This document shows positions 1-9,190 of a stretch of 64,000 nt of DNA, piece after piece. Each line of letters begins with the position of its first letter. Positions within the stretch are counted from its first letter, which is position 1. Position numbers and translations under genes: made by a program. The stretch comes from an uncultured virus (IMG/VR IMGVR_UViG_3300028920_001041) (taxonomy: Duplodnaviria > Heunggongvirae > Uroviricota > Caudoviricetes): IMG/VR virus record IMGVR_UViG_3300028920_001041; one strand, given 5' to 3'. The notes under the pieces were generated by a model. That model had not been told where the DNA came from. It was given only the letters and a program-made list of their open reading frames with translations, and searched no databases.

Positions 1-21
1 GCAATCCTTGAGAAAAAAATA

Positions 22-1119
22 ATGCTCGGACATGTCTCGATACCAAATGCTGACGAACAAATTGACATAAAATGCATGCCAGCAGAAATCATATCTCCTC
101 ATCCTGATTATAGGGGGATATCTAACTATGAATATGTAGATGAAACAATTAATGAATTTCGAGAAAGAAATGAGAGATTTAAGAAAATTCGTGGATACCT
201 AAACAGAATAATGAATGTTATGGTATTTAATCTGGATCTGAAGCTTATACCTATATATAAAAAGCTTCAGATTCCGTATCCATCAGAGGACGCTAATATT
301 GAGAGAAAAAGATTTATAAATAGACACAGCAAATCTAAAATTATTAAAGCAATAACTGATTCACCTGTGCAACCGTTAGTTGATAGAGGGAGGCGTAAAA
401 AGGTTATAAATCTTGATCCTAAACATTTATGTGTACAAGCGTTCACGTCACAATTAGGTCAACTTCTAGAAATTGAGATATTTAAAAATCTTATGTCGAT
501 AGGAATTGACCCTAGTAATGAGGAGTTTGAAGTTGAGAGAAGAAGATTCTTGAGACAAACTCGAAACTCGAAACTTTTACAACATCTTGGTGTTATGCCA
601 AAACCAAAAAAGAAGATACTTTCTCGAAAGAAAACCAAGTTGTTTAAAGATTACAAACCTGAAATATTCAAACCTGAAAGAGTCACTGTTACAGTTGCAA
701 AAGAGATAGTAGCTACTATCTCTAAGAAAAAATTAAAAGATTTACATAACAATCACGTAGCCTGGTCTAAATTTCAACCACAACAGTTCAAAATGTTAAA
801 ATCAGCATTAGATATTAATGCATTCTCACATACTCTTGGATTTACCCAAAATCAACTTGCAAAAATTTGGAGTTGGGTAGATATACCAAAAGACTTTACA
901 AAATGTTGGGAATGGAGAGGAGAGTATTATACAGTCGGACCTTACATCGGGCAAGGAATATATGTATCAATGGATAGTGGTACATCATATCCGATTCATA
1001 AAATGATCTTTATGATGTATTACAAAGGGAAACTACCACAAATAGATTTAGAGGTATATCACAAATGTAATAATAGAATATGTGTCAACCCAAGTCATAT
1101 GACACATGTTCCTTATTAA
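22..1119 (+). CDS. HNH/His-Cys-box endonuclease domain protein
   Basis: C-terminal CWEWRG...YHKCNNRICVNPSHM zinc-binding HNH motif; N-terminal half has an internal repeat (IERKRFINR / VERRRFLRQ). Confidence 0.65.
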   Translation: MLGHVSIPNADEQIDIKCMPAEIISPHPDYRGISNYEYVDETINEFRERNERFKKIRGYLNRIMNVMVFNLDLKLIPIYKKLQIPYPSEDANIERKRFINRHSKSKIIKAITDSPVQPLVDRGRRKKVINLDPKHLCVQAFTSQLGQLLEIEIFKNLMSIGIDPSNEEFEVERRRFLRQTRNSKLLQHLGVMPKPKKKILSRKKTKLFKDYKPEIFKPERVTVTVAKEIVATISKKKLKDLHNNHVAWSKFQPQQFKMLKSALDINAFSHTLGFTQNQLAKIWSWVDIPKDFTKCWEWRGEYYTVGPYIGQGIYVSMDSGTSYPIHKMIFMMYYKGKLPQIDLEVYHKCNNRICVNPSHMTHVPY

Positions 1120-1121
1120 CC

Positions 1122-1160
1122 GTGGTGCGGTATTACCCCGCACCACTATCTATTTTTTTT
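1122..1160 (+). terminator. intrinsic terminator
   Basis: GTGGTGCGG/CCGCACCAC stem then T8, directly after the stop codon. Confidence 0.8.
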
Positions 1161-1162
1161 GC

Positions 1163-1362
1163 AAAAAAACAAGAAGCGACCGCAACCTAAGACGAATCTC
1201 AAGTTACAGTCACATCTTGCTGGAGGACGATAAATTAAATGTAAGTCGATTAACCGAAACGACGAAACACAGTAATTAGTATACACTGTTCAGTTTCAAG
1301 CCACGTCGGTATCGACTTTATGTATTAATTAATATTAATAGAGCGAGTCTATCAATATTACT
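1163..1362 (-). ncRNA. structured small RNA A (~200 nt)
   Basis: Promoter motif at 1369-1378(-); three hairpins (1330-1360, 1243-1318, 1170-1219); last has a 17-bp stem with G.U pairs valid only on the minus strand, UUCG loop and U7 tail. Confidence 0.75.
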
Positions 1363-1368
1363 ATTAAT

Positions 1369-1378
1369 ATTTCTATAT
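1369..1378 (-). promoter_or_regulatory. phage promoter motif ATATAGAAAT
   Basis: recurrent intergenic motif. Confidence 0.7.
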
Positions 1379-1392
1379 GATTTTTTTAAAAA

Positions 1393-1490
1393 TTAAAAAG
1401 AACGGCCCTCCCCGGAGAAGGGAGGGCCAACCTAGAAAAGGAATTCAGTGATACGACTGTGAAAATGATCATATCAAAAGAACTTCCGCA
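1393..1490 (-). ncRNA. small RNA B (~95 nt)
   Basis: Promoter 1497-1506(-); 5' hairpin UGAUAUGAU/GUCGUAUCA; terminator GGCCCUCCC/GGGAGGGCC plus U tract. Confidence 0.65.
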
Positions 1491-1496
1491 TTTAAT

Positions 1497-1506
1497 ATTT
1501 CTATAT
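1497..1506 (-). promoter_or_regulatory. phage promoter motif ATATAGAAAT
   Basis: recurrent intergenic motif. Confidence 0.7.
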
Positions 1507-1527
1507 AACTGGTTGAAATTATTTAAT

Positions 1528-3288
1528 TCATAAGAGACAATCATTAAATACTGTCTTCTTATAAAATGTGTAATAGTATGGTATTACTATTTGAAATACA
1601 ATAAACAATATTGTTATATACCTAATACTCTCTGGGTGTGGAAGGTTATCAATAACAACTCTATAATAATCATAAGTGTTATCCATACTCTCCGGCAAAT
1701 TTTGGTTTGTTAGAATATTCTTAGTAAGAATCGGAAACAAGTTTATTATTTCCTTAGGTAAGTCTTCTATTAGAGTTACTGATCCTGCTTGCTTTATATA
1801 ATCCATTACATACTTAAATGTTTTAGTTATTATATTATCTTCAATTACCTCATAGTACAAATAATTTGTTAAAATTATATCATCAGACATAACAGGATCT
1901 ATTGTTCCATTAGGATCAATAAAACTAGATTTCTTAACTTTCTTACTAATCTCAATTGACTTCATTATATTATTTAAATCTATTATTTTTTTATTCGAGA
2001 ATTTAAATCCTGGATGTTGAACAAAAGAATCACTACCCGTTTGATCTCTAAGTTTACCAATAACACTTTGAACAAATGCTTCCTGAGATACAGGAATTAT
2101 ATGAGCATCTTTCCCTGATATATCCTCAATTATTTTATCAATCTCCCTTTCTTTTTGATCATAAAGATTGAAATCACGAATATCATATGAGAATAAATAT
2201 TCTTGAGTATTATCATGAGTTTTAATTCCGGCAGTTTTAAGAAATGTGACACAATAATGTTGAATGATTCTTTTCTGCATATCTCCAACATTTGCTAAAA
2301 TCTCTTCAAATTGTAAGTCAAATATCTGGGGATATAATTCAATTAAATATCTTATCGAATAAACTAAAAGAATTAAATTAACAATCATAAAATATATAGG
2401 GCTCTTTCTATAAACATCAGATTCATCTAAAAATGCTTTTTGTATCAATTTACTTGCATACGTTGTAATCGTATTCAAAGGTACTGAGTTATTAGATACA
2501 ATATAGCTATAAAAGAATTCTGAATCCATAGATAATGCTTGTGGTAATATATTAGGAACTCTAATATTAATATTATTTTCTTCTTTTACAAACTCAATAT
2601 CTTCCTCTGTTACATACTGATAGTAATTCAAAGAATAATGAATTACTAAATTCTTAAGATTTGGATGATAACAATATTCTAAAAGAACCTCTAGATCATT
2701 TGATGGTTTTAAATCTTTTTGTTGTTGAACATATTGTGATACATTCTCAGTATTACCTTGATTGCCAGTCGGAATATAATCAGTTATTTTATTATCAGGA
2801 ATTATCGATTGTTTAGATTCTGATGGGTCACCTAATTTATTTAACATCATAAACATTGATTCTAATATAAAATAATTCTTACCAAAAGAATCAATCATAT
2901 GATAAAATTGTATTAGTTGATCTATCATTAAAACAACTGTCATTTTCTTTAGAATACTTACATTAATAGCTTTATGATTATTTTGTTGCGCCCAAACAAT
3001 TACTTGTTTTAAATAATTACATAGATTTTTAACTTCTGGATAATTTAAGGTCGAACTATGAATCTTTTCTGAAGAAACTCGATCTAATAATTTTGAATCG
3101 GTTGGGTTTATAACGTTCTGTTTTACAATATTCTCTAACACGTATTGATTTGATTTAAGAAATCTATGCACTTCTAATTGTAAAACAAATCCATTATAAT
3201 CTCTATAGTTTATAACCTTAAACACTCCAGTAAAATCGTTTTGTTGAATTATAAAATTCATACAACCAAACGTACTTTGATCAAACAT
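1528..3288 (-). CDS. hypothetical protein (586 aa)
   Basis: long ORF, GGAGGAG RBS; no motif recognised. Confidence 0.8.
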   Translation of the reverse strand: MFDQSTFGCMNFIIQQNDFTGVFKVINYRDYNGFVLQLEVHRFLKSNQYVLENIVKQNVINPTDSKLLDRVSSEKIHSSTLNYPEVKNLCNYLKQVIVWAQQNNHKAINVSILKKMTVVLMIDQLIQFYHMIDSFGKNYFILESMFMMLNKLGDPSESKQSIIPDNKITDYIPTGNQGNTENVSQYVQQQKDLKPSNDLEVLLEYCYHPNLKNLVIHYSLNYYQYVTEEDIEFVKEENNINIRVPNILPQALSMDSEFFYSYIVSNNSVPLNTITTYASKLIQKAFLDESDVYRKSPIYFMIVNLILLVYSIRYLIELYPQIFDLQFEEILANVGDMQKRIIQHYCVTFLKTAGIKTHDNTQEYLFSYDIRDFNLYDQKEREIDKIIEDISGKDAHIIPVSQEAFVQSVIGKLRDQTGSDSFVQHPGFKFSNKKIIDLNNIMKSIEISKKVKKSSFIDPNGTIDPVMSDDIILTNYLYYEVIEDNIITKTFKYVMDYIKQAGSVTLIEDLPKEIINLFPILTKNILTNQNLPESMDNTYDYYRVVIDNLPHPESIRYITILFIVFQIVIPYYYTFYKKTVFNDCLL

Positions 3289-3298
3289 ATCTCTCCTC

Positions 3299-3589
3299 CT
3301 ATACTATACCGTCAATTCTACGTCTTCCATTATTTGTTCGTCTATCATCTTCATCGGCCCAATCACTAATGACGGTTGTTAATAAATTTCGTATAAATTC
3401 ATTCACTGTTTCATCTATTGTCTTTTTATGCATACTAATAATCTGATTTCTTAAATGTGCAGATAGTCCTCCAGTATCCTCCATTTCCATTTCAAAATTC
3501 TCTTTTATCTTTTCGAGTAATTCTTTTGTTAGCGGTGACTTTAACTGTTTTGTTTGACTAGGGTCTTTTCTTGGTTTCCTCTTAGACAT
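3299..3589 (-). CDS. hypothetical protein
   Basis: ORF; GGAGAGG RBS supports start MSKRK at 3589. Confidence 0.7.
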   Translation of the reverse strand: MSKRKPRKDPSQTKQLKSPLTKELLEKIKENFEMEMEDTGGLSAHLRNQIISMHKKTIDETVNEFIRNLLTTVISDWADEDDRRTNNGRRRIDGIV

Positions 3590-3968
3590 TAGGTACCTCT
3601 CCTTCATAAGATGCACCGCATTTCTCTAAATATTCAGCTAATAATAATCTATGACAAAATGTATCTTGTCTGCAATAACATACTAATACTGTCCAATCGC
3701 ATGAAAGCAATCTATCCCACCCCGGCTTATAATCTTTATAAGATTCTCGCATTCTATTGTGATAATACATTTCGTATTGTGCCTCCGTCATTCCCCCGTT
3801 CTTAAATGACATTACTGTTTCAAAATCTGGTCGAAATAAATCACTGCCCATTTTCGCTGTAATGTCTAATCGACGTGGACCGGAGTATCTAAATTGACTT
3901 GTATAAACTAGAAGGCTACCATTTGTCTGCTTCGGTTTAAACTCCGATATTTCTTGTTCCGTGATCAT
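3582..3968 (-). CDS. DUF488-like protein
   Basis: VLVCYC...FCHRLLLAEYL motif; GGAGGAGG RBS; promoter motif at 4003-4012. Confidence 0.6.
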   Translation of the reverse strand: MITEQEISEFKPKQTNGSLLVYTSQFRYSGPRRLDITAKMGSDLFRPDFETVMSFKNGGMTEAQYEMYYHNRMRESYKDYKPGWDRLLSCDWTVLVCYCRQDTFCHRLLLAEYLEKCGASYEGEVPNV

Positions 3969-4002
3969 ACCTCCTCCAAAAATATAATAGGTTATTACTA
4001 TT

Positions 4003-4012
4003 ATTTCTATAT
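4003..4012 (-). promoter_or_regulatory. phage promoter motif ATATAGAAAT
   Basis: recurrent motif upstream of 3968. Confidence 0.65.
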
Positions 4013-4650
4013 CAAATTTCTGATAATTTATTAACTTGAAACTTTACAACATGATCAAAAACGCCTTTTGTATATTCAGCTCCCTGGATCGCTGTATATA
4101 TTCTAGCATCGATTTTTACATAATCCACAGGAGTATAACGAATAAGAGTTTCGACATCATAAGGTGTGCGATAAATACACTTAGGGGCGTAATATATTCC
4201 ATCACCCCAAAGACTACAAAATTGTGTCCATTTTGCAAAAATTTCTATTCCCCAAAATTCTATACTAGGTACATCTACTACGGGCCTTATAAATTGATAT
4301 CCTGGTCCGCCTGATTTTTTACTATAATCAACCCAGGATAGTCCTACGTGTCCTCCTAAGATCGCATGTAGCCAGTCGGTAACATACCGACCAATTACTT
4401 GCTTTGTTCCTCGCATCTCTACAAAATTCCCTTTACTCCACACCCAATGTTCATGTTGACCCTGTGGAGCCTTCTTGAATTTAAAATGTTGTCTATGATC
4501 TACTACTGTTTGTGTAAATTCTTTCTTATACTCATAATCACTGACTTCGCCATAAAATGTCTCACCGGTATCTGCCAACAATCCAATACTCATTGGTTGA
4601 CTACCGAGATAATCTCCCGTTGTAAAAATGTCAAAGAACACTTTCTTCAT
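4012..4650 (-). CDS. DEDD 3'-5' exonuclease-like protein, possibly inactive
   Basis: FFDIFTTG...SIGLLADTGETFYGEV resembles FFDTEFTG...ISIGLV.E.G..FYAE but lacks the motif-I Glu. Confidence 0.5.
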   Translation of the reverse strand: MKKVFFDIFTTGDYLGSQPMSIGLLADTGETFYGEVSDYEYKKEFTQTVVDHRQHFKFKKAPQGQHEHWVWSKGNFVEMRGTKQVIGRYVTDWLHAILGGHVGLSWVDYSKKSGGPGYQFIRPVVDVPSIEFWGIEIFAKWTQFCSLWGDGIYYAPKCIYRTPYDVETLIRYTPVDYVKIDARIYTAIQGAEYTKGVFDHVVKFQVNKLSEI

Positions 4651-5098
4651 TTTTAAACTCCTCACGAATCTTCATAAGTAGTTTTCCTAAACGATTCTCA
4701 CCTTTAGTACCACACTTCTTGCATACACATACACCAAAGAATTTATCATGCCAATTATTCCATTCAGTTATAGGACCTGTAGTCTCCAATAACATCTTAT
4801 GATACACTGTACCTTTTTGGAATTTAATACAAAGAATATGCTCCATAATTTCAAGATTTATTTCTTTCCAATCTTTTCGTTGATGCTTCTTTTTATTATT
4901 ATCTTGTCTCCAAAACTTCCTTGCCTTACCTGGAGAAAGAGAAGCAATATGCTGTCTAAGTTCAATATTAGTTCTATCTGTTTTCATCGCCTGATAGAAG
5001 TTTTCAGCAGTATAATATAGAATATCTTGATATTCATAAGGTTCATCAAGCCTGCCAAAATTAGTGAACCAGTTCTTTATAAACGCTCCCATTATCAT
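4631..5098 (-). CDS. NADAR (YbiA-like) family protein
   Basis: WFTNF, TAENFYQAMK, KF...LLETT, WHDKFFG, GENRLGKLLMKIR. Confidence 0.85.
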   Translation of the reverse strand: MIMGAFIKNWFTNFGRLDEPYEYQDILYYTAENFYQAMKTDRTNIELRQHIASLSPGKARKFWRQDNNKKKHQRKDWKEINLEIMEHILCIKFQKGTVYHKMLLETTGPITEWNNWHDKFFGVCVCKKCGTKGENRLGKLLMKIREEFKNEESVL

Positions 5099-5349
5099 GT
5101 TCCTGGTGGTACATAAGGAGTTGGGGCAGCCGGTATTTCATATGGAGTATCAGGTGGTCCATATCTCTTAATTTTACCCAGACTAACCTTACATCGTTCT
5201 ATATCTATTCTTATAGGAGCTAATTGCACAGTTATATTTTGATTAATCGCACCTAAAAGACGGGATATATTCCTTAGTTCATGAAGAACAAGTTCTCCTT
5301 GATTAGGAGGCTGTACTTCATCATTTTTTTCTATTTCATTCTCCGCCAT
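5095..5349 (-). CDS. hypothetical protein
   Basis: ORF with AAGGAG RBS. Confidence 0.65.
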   Translation of the reverse strand: MAENEIEKNDEVQPPNQGELVLHELRNISRLLGAINQNITVQLAPIRIDIERCKVSLGKIKRYGPPDTPYEIPAAPTPYVPPGT

Positions 5350-5350
5350 T

Positions 5351-5662
5351 TTATTCTCCTTCATAGTTTGGTTCAACCACTATTTCTCGGCACTTATGTG
5401 TTTCAAGAAAATCACAAGTTTCAGTTGGTTTCTGCACTTTAACAAATTCAAGAGCTTCATCTAATGTCACATCCAAAGAAGGGACTGTATTTAAAGTTAA
5501 GAAAGAGTTTGCCCAAACCAAAGTACTATCAATTAATGATTGTGTTTCAAGTACAACAGTTCTCTCGTTTGATATAGTAACTTTTCTCTGTAAGTTAATA
5601 CAATCAATTAAACTCTTAATTAATCTCTTAGGTACTACAATTTTAGGTTCATTATCATTCAT
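5351..5662 (-). CDS. hypothetical protein
   Basis: ORF in operon. Confidence 0.65.
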   Translation of the reverse strand: MNDNEPKIVVPKRLIKSLIDCINLQRKVTISNERTVVLETQSLIDSTLVWANSFLTLNTVPSLDVTLDEALEFVKVQKPTETCDFLETHKCREIVVEPNYEGE

Positions 5663-6066
5663 GAGTTCTTCCTTAATTTTCTCTTTAATTCACCCCTACA
5701 TAGATCACACATTATATCTTCACCTTCTTTTAAAGGAGTAAGACATAACCCACATAACAGTGGCAATTCAATTTCTATTTTATCTAACAATGCTATCGAC
5801 ACCTCAATCTCATCATTTCCTCCATCAAGCAAAACAAAAATTGAAGTCGGATCAGGATTCAATGCTTCTAATGCAGCACATAGTTCAGTAAAAGAACACT
5901 GCCCCCTACCCCTATGATTAAATTTATCACCTATTTCTATTCCCTCTTTTGAATCCATATCAACTCCTAAAGCGTCCCCGAACGGATTTGAACCGATGTT
6001 GCTGGCGTGAAAGGCCAGTGTCCTAGGCCAAACTAGACGACGGGGACATTTATATATTGATACCAA
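5659..6066 (-). CDS. hypothetical protein with C-terminal CxxC...CxxC zinc ribbon
   Basis: CGLC...CDLC; true start probably downstream of the listed one. Confidence 0.55.
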   Translation of the reverse strand: MVSIYKCPRRLVWPRTLAFHASNIGSNPFGDALGVDMDSKEGIEIGDKFNHRGRGQCSFTELCAALEALNPDPTSIFVLLDGGNDEIEVSIALLDKIEIELPLLCGLCLTPLKEGEDIMCDLCRGELKRKLRKNS

Positions 6067-6281
6067 TCAACGCACTTACTAATAACACGGTCTAATGCTA
6101 TTCTATGTAATCTCAATCGCTCATTACAGTCTTTAGTAAATAAATCTGGCTCACAACAAGAAAAATCTATACAACATTCACTATCAACAGAATTATGTAT
6201 TGGATGTCCGTCTAACCATAATTTGCTTTGACTTATTAAGCGGGCTCTATATGTATCACCTTTAATTGCATACATGCTCAC
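6033..6281 (-). CDS. hypothetical protein
   Basis: ORF with AGGAG RBS. Confidence 0.55.
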   Translation of the reverse strand: MSMYAIKGDTYRARLISQSKLWLDGHPIHNSVDSECCIDFSCCEPDLFTKDCNERLRLHRIALDRVISKCVDWYQYINVPVV

Positions 6282-6403
6282 TCCTAAAATACGATAAACC
6301 TTGCCACCATGTTACATGGTTGTATGGTGACAAGGTTGGTAAACCTCCCCTCTAGTAATTTCAACAGGTTAGAGGATTCTTTAATAATTTCATTAGGTTA
6401 CAA

Positions 6404-6889
6404 TTAGAATGGGATATCATCGTCAAACCCACCATACCCGCCATCAGGAAATGCACCAGCAGTATTCGTTGCGCCACCAGCAGGTTGACTATTTGGAACT
6501 CCGGGAGATTGTTGATTACCACCTGCACCTTGATTTTGGTGACCACCATTACTATCTCCTCGTTGTCCTAACATAAGAAATTCTCTACCAATAATCTCAG
6601 TAGTGTATCTCTTAACTCCATCTTTCTCCCAGTCTCGAGTTTGAAGTTTACCCTCAACAAATATCTGTCTACCTTTAGACAGATATTCTCCGATAACCTC
6701 CGCTTGACGACCCCAAAAAACAATCCTGTGCCATTCTGTTTTGGTTTTCTTCTCTTGAGTGTTCTTGTCTGTCCAGGTTTCCGATGTTGCGATACTAAAA
6801 TTTGCAACTGCTACTCCACTAGGAGTGTAACGAATTTCTGGATCTCGACCCAAATTGCCAATAAGTTGTACTCTGTTTAATCCTGCCAT
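6404..6889 (-). CDS. ssb: single-stranded DNA-binding protein (bacterial type)
   Basis: [15 protein letters not shown]...TEWHRIV...[10 protein letters not shown]; acidic tail DDDIPF. Confidence 0.97.
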   Translation of the reverse strand: MAGLNRVQLIGNLGRDPEIRYTPSGVAVANFSIATSETWTDKNTQEKKTKTEWHRIVFWGRQAEVIGEYLSKGRQIFVEGKLQTRDWEKDGVKRYTTEIIGREFLMLGQRGDSNGGHQNQGAGGNQQSPGVPNSQPAGGATNTAGAFPDGGYGGFDDDIPF

Positions 6890-6980
6890 TACTAACTACT
6901 CCTTTCATCTGTTAAAATTTTGATTCACTGTGATTATCATCCGATAATTTAACAGTTTAAATTATACTACCGCGATTAAT

Positions 6981-6990
6981 ATTTCTTTAT
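6981..6990 (-). promoter_or_regulatory. phage promoter motif ATAAAGAAAT
   Basis: recurrent motif upstream of ssb. Confidence 0.65.
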
Positions 6991-7050
6991 ATCTTTTGAA
7001 ATAAATTCCGATCATTCGACCACTATTGGCCCATTCTAAAAAGGGCAAGG

Positions 7051-7293
7051 TATAATTTTCGTACGGGTACGAAAATTATAGAAAATCACTAATTATATCA
7101 ATAGGTTACAATGAGAATAGTTGTTTTTTAAGGTGATATTGTAACTTACTGATATAATTACAAAACTTGATGCTATTATGCTTAATATTAGTATTAATAT
7201 GAATATTAACACTAGTTAAATGTATCAACCTATGATCACTATGAGATAAGTATTTCACCGTCTAATACGACGGGTTACAGCAAATTGTAACCC
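7051..7293. repeat. cluster of inverted repeats (origin/packaging-site candidate)
   Basis: perfect 14-bp arms 7051-7080; 23-bp IR 7090-7112/7138-7160 (21/23, IHF-like TATCAATAGGTTA); GGGTTACA/TGTAACCC 7272-7293. Confidence 0.7.
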
Positions 7294-7319
7294 AGGGTAA
7301 CAGAATTTTTAAGATCTCT

Positions 7320-8807
7320 CTAAGAAATAAGTGGAGAGAAGTTAAATATTTCCCTATATTTTTCTACCATCAAAGATCGTAATAGATCTTCATGTTTCTT
7401 CTTTACAATGATACTATCATGTACTGGTAAACCAATAATACATTTCTTCTTTAATTCACATAATATATCATAAACAATTTCGGATTCTGCATAAAACAAA
7501 GATTTCCACCTACTATTGAAAAAGAATCTAGATATGAGAGGATGCCTCTTACAGAATTTATCTAATATTTCTTCAGCTATATCTTTCGTAATATTCAATC
7601 CTTCTTTCCTATAATTATAGACTACTCCAAGTACAGCGGCTCTTCTACTCTTAGCATTCAGCATTATATATCCTGCTTTCTTGATAAAAAACCTACTCTC
7701 TTTACTAGGCATTGCAAAAGGGTCGTCAACATAATCTATTCCAACAGCATGATATAACATTCTAAAATGCATCGCATCATAATCAATTTCGATCGTTTCC
7801 TCTCCATCAATCAATATATATTCTCTAAATTTTTTGTTCATGTGTTGATACACAGGACCATGTAATCTTCCATTACATTTAAAGTTATCTCTAAAAACTC
7901 TTCGAACATATTTCTTTCTTATTTCTAGATCAATCTGAGTAAGCCCCAGCACTTTTTTGTAATAATTTAAGTAACTTAGTTTTCCGACTTGGATTTTGCT
8001 ATATATATAATAATTATTATTAGGTTTATTGGTATTGTTAATAATATTCTTTATATCATTTGGTTTATTATTTATCTTTAAATGGGTTATTGGTATGTTA
8101 TGGTTTAATAATCTATCTAGTTTATCTATTAATGTGTTGTTAAGTCTATCAATCGGGATTCTGACTGTTATTTGTGATTTCTCATATAGTATATTTAATT
8201 GATCTAAACGTCCCTTCAATATTCTAATTTTTTCTTTTTCTGTGTAAAATTTTTTTAAGATATGACCAATAGATGGATCTCTCTTATTATTAAATTTTGT
8301 TTTAGATCTAACGACAATAGGATTATATATTCTTGTATCAGATTCAAATACAGTATACATTTCGATTCTCGATAATAATTTTTTCATACTATCATTTATT
8401 ATGACTCTTGTTAATTTTCCTTCTTTAAAACCATTTTGTTTCTTAAATCCTATAAATTGGTCGATTAATCCTTCACCTTGCAAGAAATCAAATATTTCAT
8501 TAATTCTGGATCTACTAATAAATGATCTATTAATTATACCAGACTTATCTCTAATAAAAAATTCGCTTGACCTTCCGTATCGTAAAGGTGTAGATCTACG
8601 ACAAGCCAAGAATAAATTCATCAATACTAAATCTAAATTCTTTTCATAACGCTCTATAACTAATTTTTTTTGATCTGTAATATTCAATTTCTGATTCAAC
8701 CGTGAGAACAAAATTTTCCGACACTGTATTAAAGTCTCCGGCGGATTGATGAGATTCCTCCTGAATAGAAAGGACTCCTGTTTGAATACTTCACTCCTGA
8801 TGTCCAT
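7320..8807 (-). CDS. divergent family-A-like (PolA/T7 RNAP superfamily, TV-Pol-like) polymerase without exonuclease
   Basis: NGRLHG..YQ, motif A EIDYDAMHFRML, motif B RFFIKKAGY, motif C LPVHDSIIV. Confidence 0.65.
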   Translation of the reverse strand: MDIRSEVFKQESFLFRRNLINPPETLIQCRKILFSRLNQKLNITDQKKLVIERYEKNLDLVLMNLFLACRRSTPLRYGRSSEFFIRDKSGIINRSFISRSRINEIFDFLQGEGLIDQFIGFKKQNGFKEGKLTRVIINDSMKKLLSRIEMYTVFESDTRIYNPIVVRSKTKFNNKRDPSIGHILKKFYTEKEKIRILKGRLDQLNILYEKSQITVRIPIDRLNNTLIDKLDRLLNHNIPITHLKINNKPNDIKNIINNTNKPNNNYYIYSKIQVGKLSYLNYYKKVLGLTQIDLEIRKKYVRRVFRDNFKCNGRLHGPVYQHMNKKFREYILIDGEETIEIDYDAMHFRMLYHAVGIDYVDDPFAMPSKESRFFIKKAGYIMLNAKSRRAAVLGVVYNYRKEGLNITKDIAEEILDKFCKRHPLISRFFFNSRWKSLFYAESEIVYDILCELKKKCIIGLPVHDSIIVKKKHEDLLRSLMVEKYREIFNFSPLIS

Positions 8808-8896
8808 CGTGATCCAAATCCTTTCGATATTAATGGTTTCAAACTGTAAGTACTATTTATATATAACTTTTGAAATATTTAATAATCAATAATTTC

Positions 8897-8906
8897 ATAT
8901 AGAAAT
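8897..8906 (+). promoter_or_regulatory. phage promoter motif ATATAGAAAT
   Basis: at the strand-switch point, upstream of RNA C. Confidence 0.7.
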
Positions 8907-8911
8907 CATAT

Positions 8912-9160
8912 AGTCATGACGAGTCGAACTTTAATTTTCTATCCACTGAAAAGGGATATGAATCTTAAAGAATCGATAAGTCTCTTGTTACCTGTTGAGT
9001 AATAACAGTCCCTATCGGGAACTGTTGTTTCTCGACACGTGACGGCATTTTGGTGTCGGGGTGATTCATATCACCTCGACATCATAGAAAACAATCATCT
9101 TTCAAGTCTCTATCTCTCTCGATATTGAGGGTGTTCATACACCCTCAATTATCTTTTTTA
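8912..9160 (+). ncRNA. structured RNA C (~245 nt)
   Basis: long imperfect hairpin ~8985-9045; GGUGUCGGGGUGAU/AUCACCUCGACAUC stem with G.U; terminator AUUGAGGGUGU/ACACCCUCAAU plus U6. Confidence 0.7.
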
Positions 9161-9175
9161 GTTTTTAAAAAAATC

Positions 9176-9185
9176 ATATAGAAAT
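9176..9185 (+). promoter_or_regulatory. phage promoter motif ATATAGAAAT
   Basis: directly after RNA C terminator. Confidence 0.7.
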
Positions 9186-9190
9186 TAAAC

